The position numbers were made by a program, and so were the translations under genes. A stretch of 61,426 nucleotides of DNA, counting the filler, from an uncultured Methanosarcinales archaeon (lineage in GTDB: Archaea > Nanobdellota > Nanobdellia > Woesearchaeales > CAYZNE01), in assembly GCA_964405295.1 (NCBI GenBank). It is 18 parts of 18 records of this genome, joined end to end, with 100 filler letters (N's around TTAATTAATTAA, not from the genome) between each part and the next. Parts side by side here need not be neighbours in the genome. Positions count along the whole stretch, not along the records: positions 32,144 to 35,352 come from CAYONI010000067.1; positions 35,453 to 38,637 come from CAYONI010000068.1; positions 38,738 to 41,916 come from CAYONI010000069.1; positions 42,017 to 45,191 come from CAYONI010000070.1; 14 more parts are not named here. One strand, given 5' to 3'. The notes beneath the pieces are model-generated. The model saw nothing but the letters and a program-made list of their open reading frames with translations. It did not search any database and had not been told where the DNA came from. Below are positions 33,032-42,236 of the stretch, piece by piece. The number at the start of each line of letters is the position of its first letter. Position 1 is the stretch's first letter.

Positions 33032-34590
33032 TGAGATTAGCGGCAAAGATAATTTATGTATTTTTAGTTGTTATTCTATCGTTTCAGACTAAATGCTTTT
33101 CTGATCAGTTAATTTTAAAAGATAATACACGTTTAAGTGTTATTATTATCGATGAAAATGAATCTGAAGTTGAAGTTCTTTTAAGCTCTGGGCCTTTGAT
33201 TTACAAAAGAAGTCATATTGCAGAAATAATAAGAGCAAGTAAAGAAGAAAACGAGCAACTAAAAAGCAAATTTGAATCTATTGAGCAAAAGTATTCAGAA
33301 TTATTCTATAGTTCAACCTGGCCTAAAATCAATATCGAGAATCAGACAAAAAAAATAATAAAAACAGTAGTTATTGAAGGTTATAGTTATCTATTATATT
33401 TGCCTGCAACGTACAGCGATAATAATCCGCTACCCATAGTTTATGTGCTTGCGGATGATGAAGATCAACTAAAAAATTACATTAAGCTTTCAGAGAAGCT
33501 TCAAATAGTGATAGTTTTTATAAATACAAATAACAGGTCTAACCTGGTGAAATTAACAGGGGAAGTATATGCTGTTGTTTTAGATGTTTTTTCGAGGTTA
33601 TCTTTTGATCCGTCAGCTCAATATGTAGCTGGTATTTTTAATAACTCACAAATCGCTTTTATCATAGAGCGTTGTTTAAAAGAGCAGATTGCAGGAGTTT
33701 ATACCTGTGGAGGAGATTTGGGAGTGAGTTACAGCGATTGGTACCTGCTTAGAAGAAATTTGATGATTGCTAGAGTTTATGATTTTCGGGATAAAGCTTT
33801 GAAGAAGCAACTTGTTAATGATAAGAAGTTTCTAAGTGCTTATGATGTAATAATAAAGGACTGGGCTTTTAAAGGTAAGCGAGCTCAACCGCCGGTATCA
33901 ATAACAGAAGAAGTTTTTACATGGCTTATTGATAATAGAAAAGCGGCTCTGCAGATTGACATGCGTTTGGCTCAACAGTTAGCACTCAAATGGAGAAATG
34001 ATTATAGTCTAGGTAAGGGGTCATTAGTTTTTGAAGAATGCCTCTTGACTGAACTCAATAGTCCTTGTACTTGGCAGGCGTATAAAGCGCGAAAAATGAT
34101 AAATGAAATTCTTGCTGATTACAAAATTTTTTATAAATACAGATTAAAAAGTTTAAAATATACAAAAAAAGTTGAAAACTATTTTTGTCAAATTGCTTAT
34201 GTGTCAATTTTATCTGGGGATGTAAATAGACTAAAGTCTTCTCTGAAAGTCTTAGATAAAATAGGCTTAAGAGATCCTGTTTGGGCTGCTAATTTAACCA
34301 TAGCATTTATGATTAGCCCACATCAAAAGACGCGTAGCATTAAAACTGCATGTAGTTTATTGGAAAAATCTATATTTTATAATAAGAAAAACTCATCCTT
34401 AAAATTAATTGGTGCAGCTGTTTGTATAAAAAACGGTGATTATGAGGGAGCAAGTCGCATGCGACAAGTTATCAATAATCATGATTTAAATGCAAAAGAG
34501 AAAATAACCTTGTGTGAAATTGTAGCTTCTATAGCAGAGAGGAAAGACAAGCTTAATATGTATAATTGGAATAAATTAATGAGGTTTTAA
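33031..34590 (+). CDS. Secreted hypothetical protein with degenerate alpha/beta-hydrolase-like and helical regions
   Basis: Signal peptide; YLLYLP...PLPIV; YVAGIFN in place of GxSxG. Confidence 0.55.
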   Translation: MRLAAKIIYVFLVVILSFQTKCFSDQLILKDNTRLSVIIIDENESEVEVLLSSGPLIYKRSHIAEIIRASKEENEQLKSKFESIEQKYSELFYSSTWPKINIENQTKKIIKTVVIEGYSYLLYLPATYSDNNPLPIVYVLADDEDQLKNYIKLSEKLQIVIVFINTNNRSNLVKLTGEVYAVVLDVFSRLSFDPSAQYVAGIFNNSQIAFIIERCLKEQIAGVYTCGGDLGVSYSDWYLLRRNLMIARVYDFRDKALKKQLVNDKKFLSAYDVIIKDWAFKGKRAQPPVSITEEVFTWLIDNRKAALQIDMRLAQQLALKWRNDYSLGKGSLVFEECLLTELNSPCTWQAYKARKMINEILADYKIFYKYRLKSLKYTKKVENYFCQIAYVSILSGDVNRLKSSLKVLDKIGLRDPVWAANLTIAFMISPHQKTRSIKTACSLLEKSIFYNKKNSSLKLIGAAVCIKNGDYEGASRMRQVINNHDLNAKEKITLCEIVASIAERKDKLNMYNWNKLMRF

Positions 34591-34591
34591 G

Positions 34592-35352
34592 ATGTTAAAA
34601 TTAAGCAAGATGTTAATTATTCTATGTATAGTTGGTTTTGCCATTTGTTACTATCAAGTAAAAAAACTACCAGCCAAAAATTGTATTATATCAGAAATAT
34701 ATATCCAGCCCAGCCAGCGAGAAATAAACAAAAAGCCCTTTACGTTAAAAAGAGGAGACATTACTTATTTAATCAGGCCACTATATGATTATGAGATTTA
34801 TGGTTTGGTGGTTTCATATCACAATTCGACGAGTTGGTTTGATTATTATCACGCTTCTTGGAAAGATTCGTTAAATGTTAAGGATATTGGTTTGGTTTGG
34901 GGAGATAATTTAAAAAGCGGCATTTATAGTATGATGCGTTTTTCAAGCGGTAGTTGGACACTTTACTATAATTTTAAACCTACAGTTACGAGAGATGAAT
35001 CGAAAAAATTCAAATATAATCAATTTTCCAATAATCATCTTTTGACTCAGGATTCAGAGATAAACAAATTAATTATGAATACTAAAATTGGTGATCAGAT
35101 CTGGCTTAAAGGATATCTAGTTGAGTACGAACATAGCGGTACTTTTAAGAGAGGTACAAGTACTACTAGAAACGATAAGGGCCAAGGCGCCTGTGAAACA
35201 ATATTTGTTACAGATTATAAAATACTTAAAAAATGCAATATTTTATGGCATTATTTATATAGAGGGTTTAAATATCTCATATTTATAAGCTTGGTTGCAA
35301 TGATTATATTGTTTATAAAGGGACCTTTGTATCGACATCCAAAGACTGAAAG
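34592..35352 (+). CDS. Conserved hypothetical membrane protein (3'-truncated)
   Basis: WG.N, SNNHL, KGYLV and TSTTR.D.G.GACE motifs; N- and C-terminal TM helices. Confidence 0.65.
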
Positions 35353-35452
35353 NNNNNNNNNNNNNNNNNNNNNNNNNNNNNNNNNNNNNNNNNNNNTTAA
35401 TTAATTAANNNNNNNNNNNNNNNNNNNNNNNNNNNNNNNNNNNNNNNNNNNN

Positions 35453-35908
35453 AATCCCAGGAAGAATGACAAGGCAGTGGACATAGTGGAAAAATCAATC
35501 AAAGAGTTCGGTTTTAAGAATCCGATCGTACTGGACAAGAATAATGAAATAATAGTGGGCCACACAAGACTCAGAGCAGCCAAAAAACTCGGAATGAAGG
35601 AAGTACCGGTTATTTTCGCAGAAGAACTAACACCCGAGCAAGTAAAAGCATTCAGAATAATGGACAACAAATCAAGCGAGATAGCAAAATGGGACTTCGA
35701 TTTATTAAAAGTAGAGTTTGAAAGCATGCAAAATTTAGAGTTTACAGGATTCACGGAAGCAGAAATAGATAAGATACTTGATCCAATTGACAAAATAAGC
35801 ATGGGAAACATCGAACCAAAGCATAAAATAGAATTAGGAGATGTTTATGGTCTTGGAGCTTATATTATTAAAAACGGAAAGGAGATTGAAGTAGAAATTA
35901 TAAAATAG
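35453..35908 (+). CDS. ParB/Srx N-terminal part of a viral ParB-DNA methyltransferase (split gene, part 1)
   Basis: NPRKND..V...SIKEFGF..PI, IIVGHTR and DNK...A.WD motifs; ends LGDVYGLG plus a 16-aa tail. Confidence 0.88.
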   Translation, partial: NPRKNDKAVDIVEKSIKEFGFKNPIVLDKNNEIIVGHTRLRAAKKLGMKEVPVIFAEELTPEQVKAFRIMDNKSSEIAKWDFDLLKVEFESMQNLEFTGFTEAEIDKILDPIDKISMGNIEPKHKIELGDVYGLGAYIIKNGKEIEVEIIK

Positions 35909-35921
35909 AAAGTTTTATTAA
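35908..35921 (+). promoter_or_regulatory. Archaeal-type BRE/TATA element for the HNH gene
   Basis: GAAAGTTTTATTAA ends 21 nt before ATG 35943, consistent with a leaderless transcript. Confidence 0.45.
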
Positions 35922-35942
35922 CGTGTGGTTACACAATAGAGT

Positions 35943-36551
35943 ATGACAATTTGTGGAATTTGTGGAAAAGAAATATGGAAAGCACATTTTAATAAAAAGT
36001 ATTGTTCAGACTCCTGTAAAAAACAGGCAAGAAAAGAATCCAAATTAAAATATAAAAAATCAGAAAAAGGAAAAATATCAAATGAAAAATGGGTCAAAAG
36101 TGATAGAAGAAAAGAAAATGAATTTGGATATAGAAAGAAACCAAGATATAGAAAATTAGCAGTGATTAGGGTTAGAAAATATAATCAAAGGCATCCAGAA
36201 AAACTCAAAGAAAATCAACTCAAGGAAAAGCTAAGAAAGAGATGGCTAACTGATGAAGCACGAAAGAAAAACAGAAGATCATCAAAAAATTATATGCAAA
36301 CCCCAAAGGGAAAGCAATCGAGGAAAAATGGAAAGGCAAAAAGAAGAATGAGAGAAAAAACAGGAAAAGTAACCGCAAGAGAATGGGAAGAAAAACTCAA
36401 AGAGTTTAATCATAGTTGCGCGTATTGTGGTGCTAAAGAAAAGATAGAACAAGATCATATAATTCCATTAAGCAAAGGTGGAACACACGAAATAAAAAAC
36501 ATTCAACCCTTATGCCGAAGTTGTAATGCAAAAAAGAGTGATAAATTATGA
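35943..36551 (+). CDS. HNH (homing-type) endonuclease with N-terminal zinc finger
   Basis: CGICG...YCSDSC; basic linker; CAYCG...DHIIPLSKGG.H...N....C..CN. Confidence 0.92.
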   Translation: MTICGICGKEIWKAHFNKKYCSDSCKKQARKESKLKYKKSEKGKISNEKWVKSDRRKENEFGYRKKPRYRKLAVIRVRKYNQRHPEKLKENQLKEKLRKRWLTDEARKKNRRSSKNYMQTPKGKQSRKNGKAKRRMREKTGKVTAREWEEKLKEFNHSCAYCGAKEKIEQDHIIPLSKGGTHEIKNIQPLCRSCNAKKSDKL

Positions 36552-37402
36552 AAGTTAAAATAATAGAAACAGGAAAGATAGTGGAAATTGATAAATCAGA
36601 TTTGAAATTTAGGCATAGATTAATTTGCGGAGATTCAACAAAGGCCGAGACTTACGAAAGACTAATTCCCAAAGGAACAGACATCCAGTGTGTATTCACC
36701 GATCCGCCATACGGAGTGAGTTATTCCGGAACAAACAATCCAAACGGAAGAGACTGGTCAGTAATTGAAGGAGATGATTTGAGAGGAGACCAATTATATG
36801 ATATGTTAAAAGATTGTTTTGAGCAAGTGAATCAATATTTAATCAAGAATGGGTCTGTTTATATTTTCCACTCAAGCTCAAACCAAATAATCTTCGAAAA
36901 AGCAATGAATTATGCTGGACTACAAGTAAAACAACAATTAATCTGGCACAAACACCACATACTTGGACACTCGAACTATCACTGGTGTCATGAGCCAATT
37001 TTTTATGGATCCAGAATGAACGAGAACCCGGAATGGTTTGGAACACGGGCACAAAAGACAACCCTAAACGAAATAACCCCAGAAGAGATGACACACGAAG
37101 AATTGATAAGATTTGTAAATGCAATCAAAGAAGATTCAACAATATGGAAGATCAAGAAGGACTCATCTAAGAATTACATCCATCCAACCCAAAAACCAAC
37201 AAAACTGGCCCAGAGAGCAATGCTAAACAGTACAAAGAAAGGACAATACGTGTTGGATCCATTCGCGGGAAGCGGAAGCACACTGATGGCCTGTGAAGAA
37301 AGAAAAAGGAAATGTTTCTCAATCGAACTGGACACAACATTCTGCTCACACATAATCGAAAGATGGGAAAACTACACAGGGAAAGAGGGGGTTAAATTAT
37401 AA
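36548..37402 (+). CDS. N6/N4 DNA methyltransferase catalytic part (split gene, part 2)
   Basis: 21-aa leader, then RHRLICGDST, TDPPY, HPTQKP and DPFAGSGST. Confidence 0.9.
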   Translation: MKVKIIETGKIVEIDKSDLKFRHRLICGDSTKAETYERLIPKGTDIQCVFTDPPYGVSYSGTNNPNGRDWSVIEGDDLRGDQLYDMLKDCFEQVNQYLIKNGSVYIFHSSSNQIIFEKAMNYAGLQVKQQLIWHKHHILGHSNYHWCHEPIFYGSRMNENPEWFGTRAQKTTLNEITPEEMTHEELIRFVNAIKEDSTIWKIKKDSSKNYIHPTQKPTKLAQRAMLNSTKKGQYVLDPFAGSGSTLMACEERKRKCFSIELDTTFCSHIIERWENYTGKEGVKL

Positions 37403-37647
37403 TGGCAAATTTTAAGAAAGCAATTGAATGGTTATTGGATGGAAAAAAGATAAGAAGAGTTGAAGCATGGGCAAGATCCCCCGGAACCTATATCTTTGAA
37501 CATGAAGCAAATGGAATAATGGAATACAATGAAGATGCATATGATAATTGGGAAGAGATAGAAGGAATAGAAAATACAGGATATCCAATCATGACTGTTA
37601 ATGATTTTATTGCACACGATTGGGAAATTTTTGAGGAAGTGAAATAA
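37402..37647 (+). CDS. DUF2829 / Tad2-like protein
   Basis: NFKKAIEWLLDGKKIRR...W...YI and D..A.DWE terminal motifs. Confidence 0.6.
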   Translation: MANFKKAIEWLLDGKKIRRVEAWARSPGTYIFEHEANGIMEYNEDAYDNWEEIEGIENTGYPIMTVNDFIAHDWEIFEEVK

Positions 37648-37648
37648 G

Positions 37649-38362
37649 GTGAAAACGGTTGAGTTTTTTGCAGGGACACAATCCTTCAGCAAAATAGCAA
37701 GAGAACGCGGACACGAAACAATCTGCATTGATAATAATAAGAATTTTGGAAATGATATCTGTTTTAATATGCTTTGGAAATTAACTGATGAGATTAATCA
37801 AGCAATCCAAGAAGCAGATGTGATATGGATGTCCCCCCCTTGCACTGCATTCAGCATAGCCGCAGGAAGCACTCACTGGACACCGGAACACAAACACAAA
37901 ACAGAACAAGCAGTACTCGGAAAGAGATTATTGGATATTTGCTGGAAAATCGCAGAGACTTGCATAAAGAACAATAAGATATTCTTCATAGAAAACCCAA
38001 GGGCCAGAGCCAGGTGGTTCCTCCCAACAGATTGCAGGGAGACAATTTGGTACTGCCAATACGGAGACACAAGAGCAAAACCAACAGACATCTGGACAAA
38101 CCTCAAAGGATGGACTCCCAAAACATGCCACAATTACACAAAAGAACAAATCCAAGGATTAGAACCAAAACACTGCCAACATGAAGAAGCACCAAGAGGA
38201 TCCAAAACCGGAACACAAGGACTAAAAGGAAACAAGGATCGTTCAGAGATACCCGGAGACTTATTCAGAGAACTATTCCCATTAATAGAGACACAAATGG
38301 GCCTTAAATTGAACGAAACAGACCAAAAAGAGCCAAAAGAAGCTCCAAATGGACTAAAATAA
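37649..38362 (+). CDS. Compact phage-type C5 cytosine methyltransferase
   Basis: EFFAG, SPPC, IENP and YCQYG...KPTDIW motifs. Confidence 0.8.
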   Translation: MKTVEFFAGTQSFSKIARERGHETICIDNNKNFGNDICFNMLWKLTDEINQAIQEADVIWMSPPCTAFSIAAGSTHWTPEHKHKTEQAVLGKRLLDICWKIAETCIKNNKIFFIENPRARARWFLPTDCRETIWYCQYGDTRAKPTDIWTNLKGWTPKTCHNYTKEQIQGLEPKHCQHEEAPRGSKTGTQGLKGNKDRSEIPGDLFRELFPLIETQMGLKLNETDQKEPKEAPNGLK

Positions 38363-38442
38363 GTGCAAGATAAGACAAACTAACCAACAAATAAAATCAA
38401 TTTACACGTAAAAGTTGACTTTGTTGACAAAAACAGCATAAA

Positions 38443-38637
38443 ATGACACGAATAACAAAAACAAATTTCAAACAAGCCCTAATAAACTCTGGAGGAAATC
38501 AATCAAGAATAGCCGAAAAGATGGAAGTAACCAGGTCAGCAGTAAATATTTTTTTGAAAAGACATCCAGACATGAGGGAAGCATTGGAAGAACAAATAAA
38601 TCTTTTATACGATACAGCACAAGATTCACAAGCAATG
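38443..38637 (+). CDS. HTH protein, possible small terminase (3'-truncated)
   Basis: AL..SGGNQSRIAEKMEVTRSAV; position after the MTases. Confidence 0.5.
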
Positions 38638-38754
38638 NNNNNNNNNNNNNNNNNNNNNNNNNNNNNNNNNNNNNNNNNNNNTTAATTAATTAANNNNNNN
38701 NNNNNNNNNNNNNNNNNNNNNNNNNNNNNNNNNNNNNCTAGAGAGGAGTATTAT

Positions 38755-39018
38755 ATGGTACATTCAACCGTAAATATCAATTTCCGCATGGATGCGGAGT
38801 TGAAAAGCAACTTGGAACAAGCTTGTCGGGAGTTGGGGCTGACTCCTACTGCAGCATTTACCATCTTCGCAACAAAGGTTGCCAGAGAGAGGCGTATTCC
38901 CTTTGAAGTTGCAATTGACCCGTTTTACAGCGATGGGAACATGGCAAGACTCAGAAAGTCCATCGCACAGATGGGAGCAACCGGGGGCACTATCCACGAG
39001 GTGGAAGTTAATGATTAA
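38755..39018 (+). CDS. RelB/DinJ-family antitoxin
   Basis: NFRMD.ELK, LGL....AF.IF, RRIPF and DPFYS..N motifs. Confidence 0.9.
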   Translation: MVHSTVNINFRMDAELKSNLEQACRELGLTPTAAFTIFATKVARERRIPFEVAIDPFYSDGNMARLRKSIAQMGATGGTIHEVEVND

Positions 39019-39274
39019 AGCGTGGTCTGACGAGGCCTGGGAAGATTTTGAATACTGGACAAGACAGGACAGGAAAACCTTGAAACGGATTTTAGCGTTG
39101 CTTAAGGATATCGACCGAAACGGGTACGAGGGGATTGGAAAACCGGAAAGGCTATCTGGAGACCTTTCTGCCTATTGGAGCAGAAGGATCGATGATTGTA
39201 ACCGTCTTGTCTACCGAATAGATAAAGACATCATTCGCATTGTTCAATGTGGCTCTCACTACCGCGATAGATAA
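39011..39274 (+). CDS. yoeB: Txe/YoeB-family toxin
   Basis: True start ATG 39011 (MIKAWSDEAWEDF); GIGKPE.L, WSRRID...RLVY and HY motifs. Confidence 0.9.
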   Translation: MIKAWSDEAWEDFEYWTRQDRKTLKRILALLKDIDRNGYEGIGKPERLSGDLSAYWSRRIDDCNRLVYRIDKDIIRIVQCGSHYRDR

Positions 39275-39422
39275 TGAACAGGCAAATGATATCGGTACCA
39301 GGAAGGGCTTCCACATCTACTTCAAAAACCTTTGAAATAGGGTGGTACTGGTGGGTCTTTACGGAATAACGCCCGGCGAGTAGCAACAGGTAATTTTGCT
39401 ATTTTGTACATTGTATCTCTCC

Positions 39423-40022
39423 TCAGATTTTCTTTATTGCCTCTACAATCCATGCAGAAGCATTACGAGATTCAACCAGCAAATTCTTTTTTTCGTTGGT
39501 TGTCAGCTGCTTTTGTATTTTAGCAAGGTGGGTATCTGTTATCCGTTCCTTTCCCAATGCTTTGAGTGCCTGGATAATGAGTATGGTTTTTTCAGATATG
39601 CCGGTAATCTCCCTGTTTGCCCGATGTTTGAATTCTATAGTACTGGATCCGATCTTATACTTTCTATATGGACCGTCACTTACGAAAGACCAGCTAGCAC
39701 TTACTTGCGTAGAAAGTCCCAGCATATTGAGTGCAATATTGCCGCTCGGTGCGATAGTCCAGTTATTACTCCGAGCGAGAATTTGCGCTGTCTGGTAGAT
39801 ATCAGCGGCTTCGTATTCGTTGAGGAAAGTACTGAACACCGGTTTGTCATATACACCGTGTGCTATGCGACGGATAGTGCCATTTTCTGTAAGACGTTTG
39901 AGACTCTGACGAATGGCCGAACTGTCAGTAATATCCTGAAAATCCCGTGCTGTAAAAACTGTACCGGGTTTCTTTTGGGAAATAAGCTTGTGAATTTGTG
40001 CCATTATTGTTTTCTGTGCCAT
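39423..40022 (-). CDS. AbiEi-like (DUF6088-type) type IV antitoxin / wHTH protein
   Basis: AIRQSLKRL...G.IRRIA.GVY, ALN.LGLSTQV and SDGPYR.Y motifs; start ATG 40022. Confidence 0.8.
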   Translation of the reverse strand: MAQKTIMAQIHKLISQKKPGTVFTARDFQDITDSSAIRQSLKRLTENGTIRRIAHGVYDKPVFSTFLNEYEAADIYQTAQILARSNNWTIAPSGNIALNMLGLSTQVSASWSFVSDGPYRKYKIGSSTIEFKHRANREITGISEKTILIIQALKALGKERITDTHLAKIQKQLTTNEKKNLLVESRNASAWIVEAIKKI

Positions 40023-40359
40023 TGGTATCTCTCTTTTCTTGTCACAAGAAATATATACTTTTTGTGACAGTAAAACAAGGGGTATACTGCTGATGTAACC
40101 CAGAAAGTTGGATGTATAATTCCCAAAGGAGTGTACATCCAAAATAGTATTCAGATTGAGAGCCCCAAACCAAGTTCCAGGGTAACTTCAGGGTGAATTT
40201 GTTTCGGAACTCAGGGCTCATCACCCCCAAGCCAGTGACAGAGGTACCAGGTACCGTTTCCATACCCACATTACCCGAAAGGGTAGCCACGCATTGGCCA
40301 CCATCTCCTTGCGTACAGTATGGAAGCAAGAAGAGAAGAGCTGATCAGCCAATAGGCGC

Positions 40360-40381
40360 GTAGGGAAAGACCTTTCCCTAC
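40360..40381. repeat. GTAG-type REP-like palindrome
   Basis: GTAGGGAAAG-AC-CTTTCCCTAC with perfect 10-bp arms. Confidence 0.6.
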
Positions 40382-40411
40382 AATAAACCTATAAGAATCA
40401 CTATTTTCTTT

Positions 40412-40741
40412 ATGCATAGGATTCTGCAGAAGGCAGGCTTCAAGTCTGATAATGCTTCCAGTATTGTAGTGGGTATCTACCGCCTGACCATGAAGGCGGG
40501 TTCTGATAACTTCCGTCAGTCTTCTATCCAGGGAGTGATGAAGCGCATCAAGGCCAAGGGTATTAAGGTTGTGGTCTATGAACCCGCTCTTTCAGAAGAT
40601 GAGTTCTATGGTAGCAAGATCATCAGCGACATTGGGGAGTTTAAAAAGCTTTGCCATGTCATTGTGACCAACAGGTATTCAGAAGAGCTTCAAGACGTGT
40701 GGGATAAGGTCTATACAAGAGACCTGTACAAGAGGGATTGA
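40412..40741 (+). pseudogene. ugd: UDP-glucose 6-dehydrogenase C-terminal remnant
   Basis: VGIYRLTMK.GSDNFR.SS...KVYTRDL present; the N-terminal domains are missing although the upstream contig sequence is present. Confidence 0.8.
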
Positions 40742-40743
40742 TC

Positions 40744-41754
40744 ATGGGACTGAACAACAAAAATGGAATTGAAAGCGGAACTGTGGTGTTGGTCACTGGA
40801 GCCGCAGGATTCATAGGCTTTCACACCTCAAGGGCTCTTCTGGAGCGAGGCTGTATTGTCATCGGGTATGACAACTGCAATGACTATTACGATGTGTCAT
40901 TGAAGGATGGAAGGCTTGGAGTGTTGAAGGTGTATCCTGAATTCACCTTCATCAAGGGAGACCTGGCTGATAAGGAAGCCCTTGATGGCGTCTTCACAAG
41001 GTTCAAACCACAGATAGTGCTCAATCTTGCCGCCCAGGCCGGGGTGAGATATTCCATTGATCATCCCTATGCCTATATGCAGTCAAATCTGTTGGGTTTT
41101 CTCAATGTGCTTGAGGCATGCAGGAGCTTTGGTGTGGAGCATCTGGTCTATGCTTCCTCTTCTTCTGTCTATGGAATGAACAAGAAGGTGCCCTTCAGCA
41201 CCTCGGACAATGTTGACAGTCCTGTGTCGCTGTACGCCGCCACCAAGAAGAGCAACGAGCTGATGGCGCATTGCTACACCCATCTCTACGGATTCCCGAC
41301 CACAGGACTGCGGTTCTTCACCGTCTACGGCCCATGGGGCAGGCCTGACATGGCGTACTTCTCCTTCACCAACAAGATTGTGAAAGGTGAGCCGATCAAG
41401 ATCTTCAACAACGGTGACATGTGGCGCGATTTCACGTACATCGACGATATTGTTGAAGGCATCCTCAATATCCTTCCTAATCCACCGGTGCCGAATGAGA
41501 ATGGTGACAGGTACAAGGTCTATAACATAGGCAACAACAAGCCGGAGAAGATCATGGATTACTTCTCAGCATTGGAGAAAGCCCTTGGCATTACTGCCAA
41601 GAAGGAATTCCTTCCCATGCAGCCAGGTGATGTCTATCAGACCTATGCTGATGTGGACGATCTGATCAGGGACTTTGACTTCAAGCCATCCACACCTATT
41701 GAAGTGGGGCTGGAGAAGTTTGTGACTTGGTACAGGGAATATTTTGGGGTTTAA
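40744..41754 (+). CDS. UDP-glucuronate 4-epimerase-like NAD-dependent epimerase
   Basis: GAAGFIG, LAAQAGVRYS, YAATKK, RFFTVYGPWGRPDMA and MQPGDV motifs. Confidence 0.92.
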   Translation: MGLNNKNGIESGTVVLVTGAAGFIGFHTSRALLERGCIVIGYDNCNDYYDVSLKDGRLGVLKVYPEFTFIKGDLADKEALDGVFTRFKPQIVLNLAAQAGVRYSIDHPYAYMQSNLLGFLNVLEACRSFGVEHLVYASSSSVYGMNKKVPFSTSDNVDSPVSLYAATKKSNELMAHCYTHLYGFPTTGLRFFTVYGPWGRPDMAYFSFTNKIVKGEPIKIFNNGDMWRDFTYIDDIVEGILNILPNPPVPNENGDRYKVYNIGNNKPEKIMDYFSALEKALGITAKKEFLPMQPGDVYQTYADVDDLIRDFDFKPSTPIEVGLEKFVTWYREYFGV

Positions 41755-42016
41755 TGTGGATGGTTTACCAGAAATTCTCTTTAGCGACCAAATAAAGGGG
41801 GGAATGAAAACCATATGGTAGTTCCGTATTTGTCAGCTGCCAAGGAAGCTAAAACGCTATGGCGATAGTTGGATATTCTATTGAGTATTCTATATTGTTG
41901 CTATATACTTGATATANNNNNNNNNNNNNNNNNNNNNNNNNNNNNNNNNNNNNNNNNNNNTTAATTAATTAANNNNNNNNNNNNNNNNNNNNNNNNNNNN
42001 NNNNNNNNNNNNNNNN

Positions 42017-42106
42017 CTTAAATGATGTTACCGCTCGCAGTCGCAGTGCAACTCTACGTCGGCGAGTGCATGAGTACCACTGCTACCAAAACCCGATGAC
42101 ATCATT
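42017..42106. repeat. 90-bp structured repeat, copy 1
   Basis: Direct repeat of 43749-43838 with no indels; terminal arms AATGATGT/ACATCATT; 49-bp core 46/49 identical. Confidence 0.92.
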
Positions 42107-42236
42107 GGGTTTATTAGGGGTATTTTCTTTATGGGGGTAATTATCTGCGAATTTTTGTAGCATTAATTTTTCTAGTTTTTTGAGTTTTTCTTTCATATAA
42201 ATTAACTTTATAAAGATCATACTTCTTAATAGCCAG

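Noticed and set aside
35858..36610. Split intein, group I intron or BHB intron in the MTase
   Set aside because: No terminal Asn/Gln followed by C/S/T, the peptides are too short for a HINT fold, there is almost no non-coding sequence, and I found no convincing junction pairing. Not experimentally excluded.
38879..39010. 131-aa YoeB with an N-terminal extension
   Set aside because: The extension overlaps the antitoxin; family similarity starts at ATG 39011.
39396..40067. 223-aa plus-strand ORF and the many other short antisense ORFs in the track
   Set aside because: Shadow frames of well-supported genes on the opposite strand, with no motifs.
42040..42088. tRNA gene or box C/D RNA in the repeat core (ends in ACCA; ATGATG upstream)
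   Set aside because: Too short, no D or anticodon arms, and no CTGA D box.
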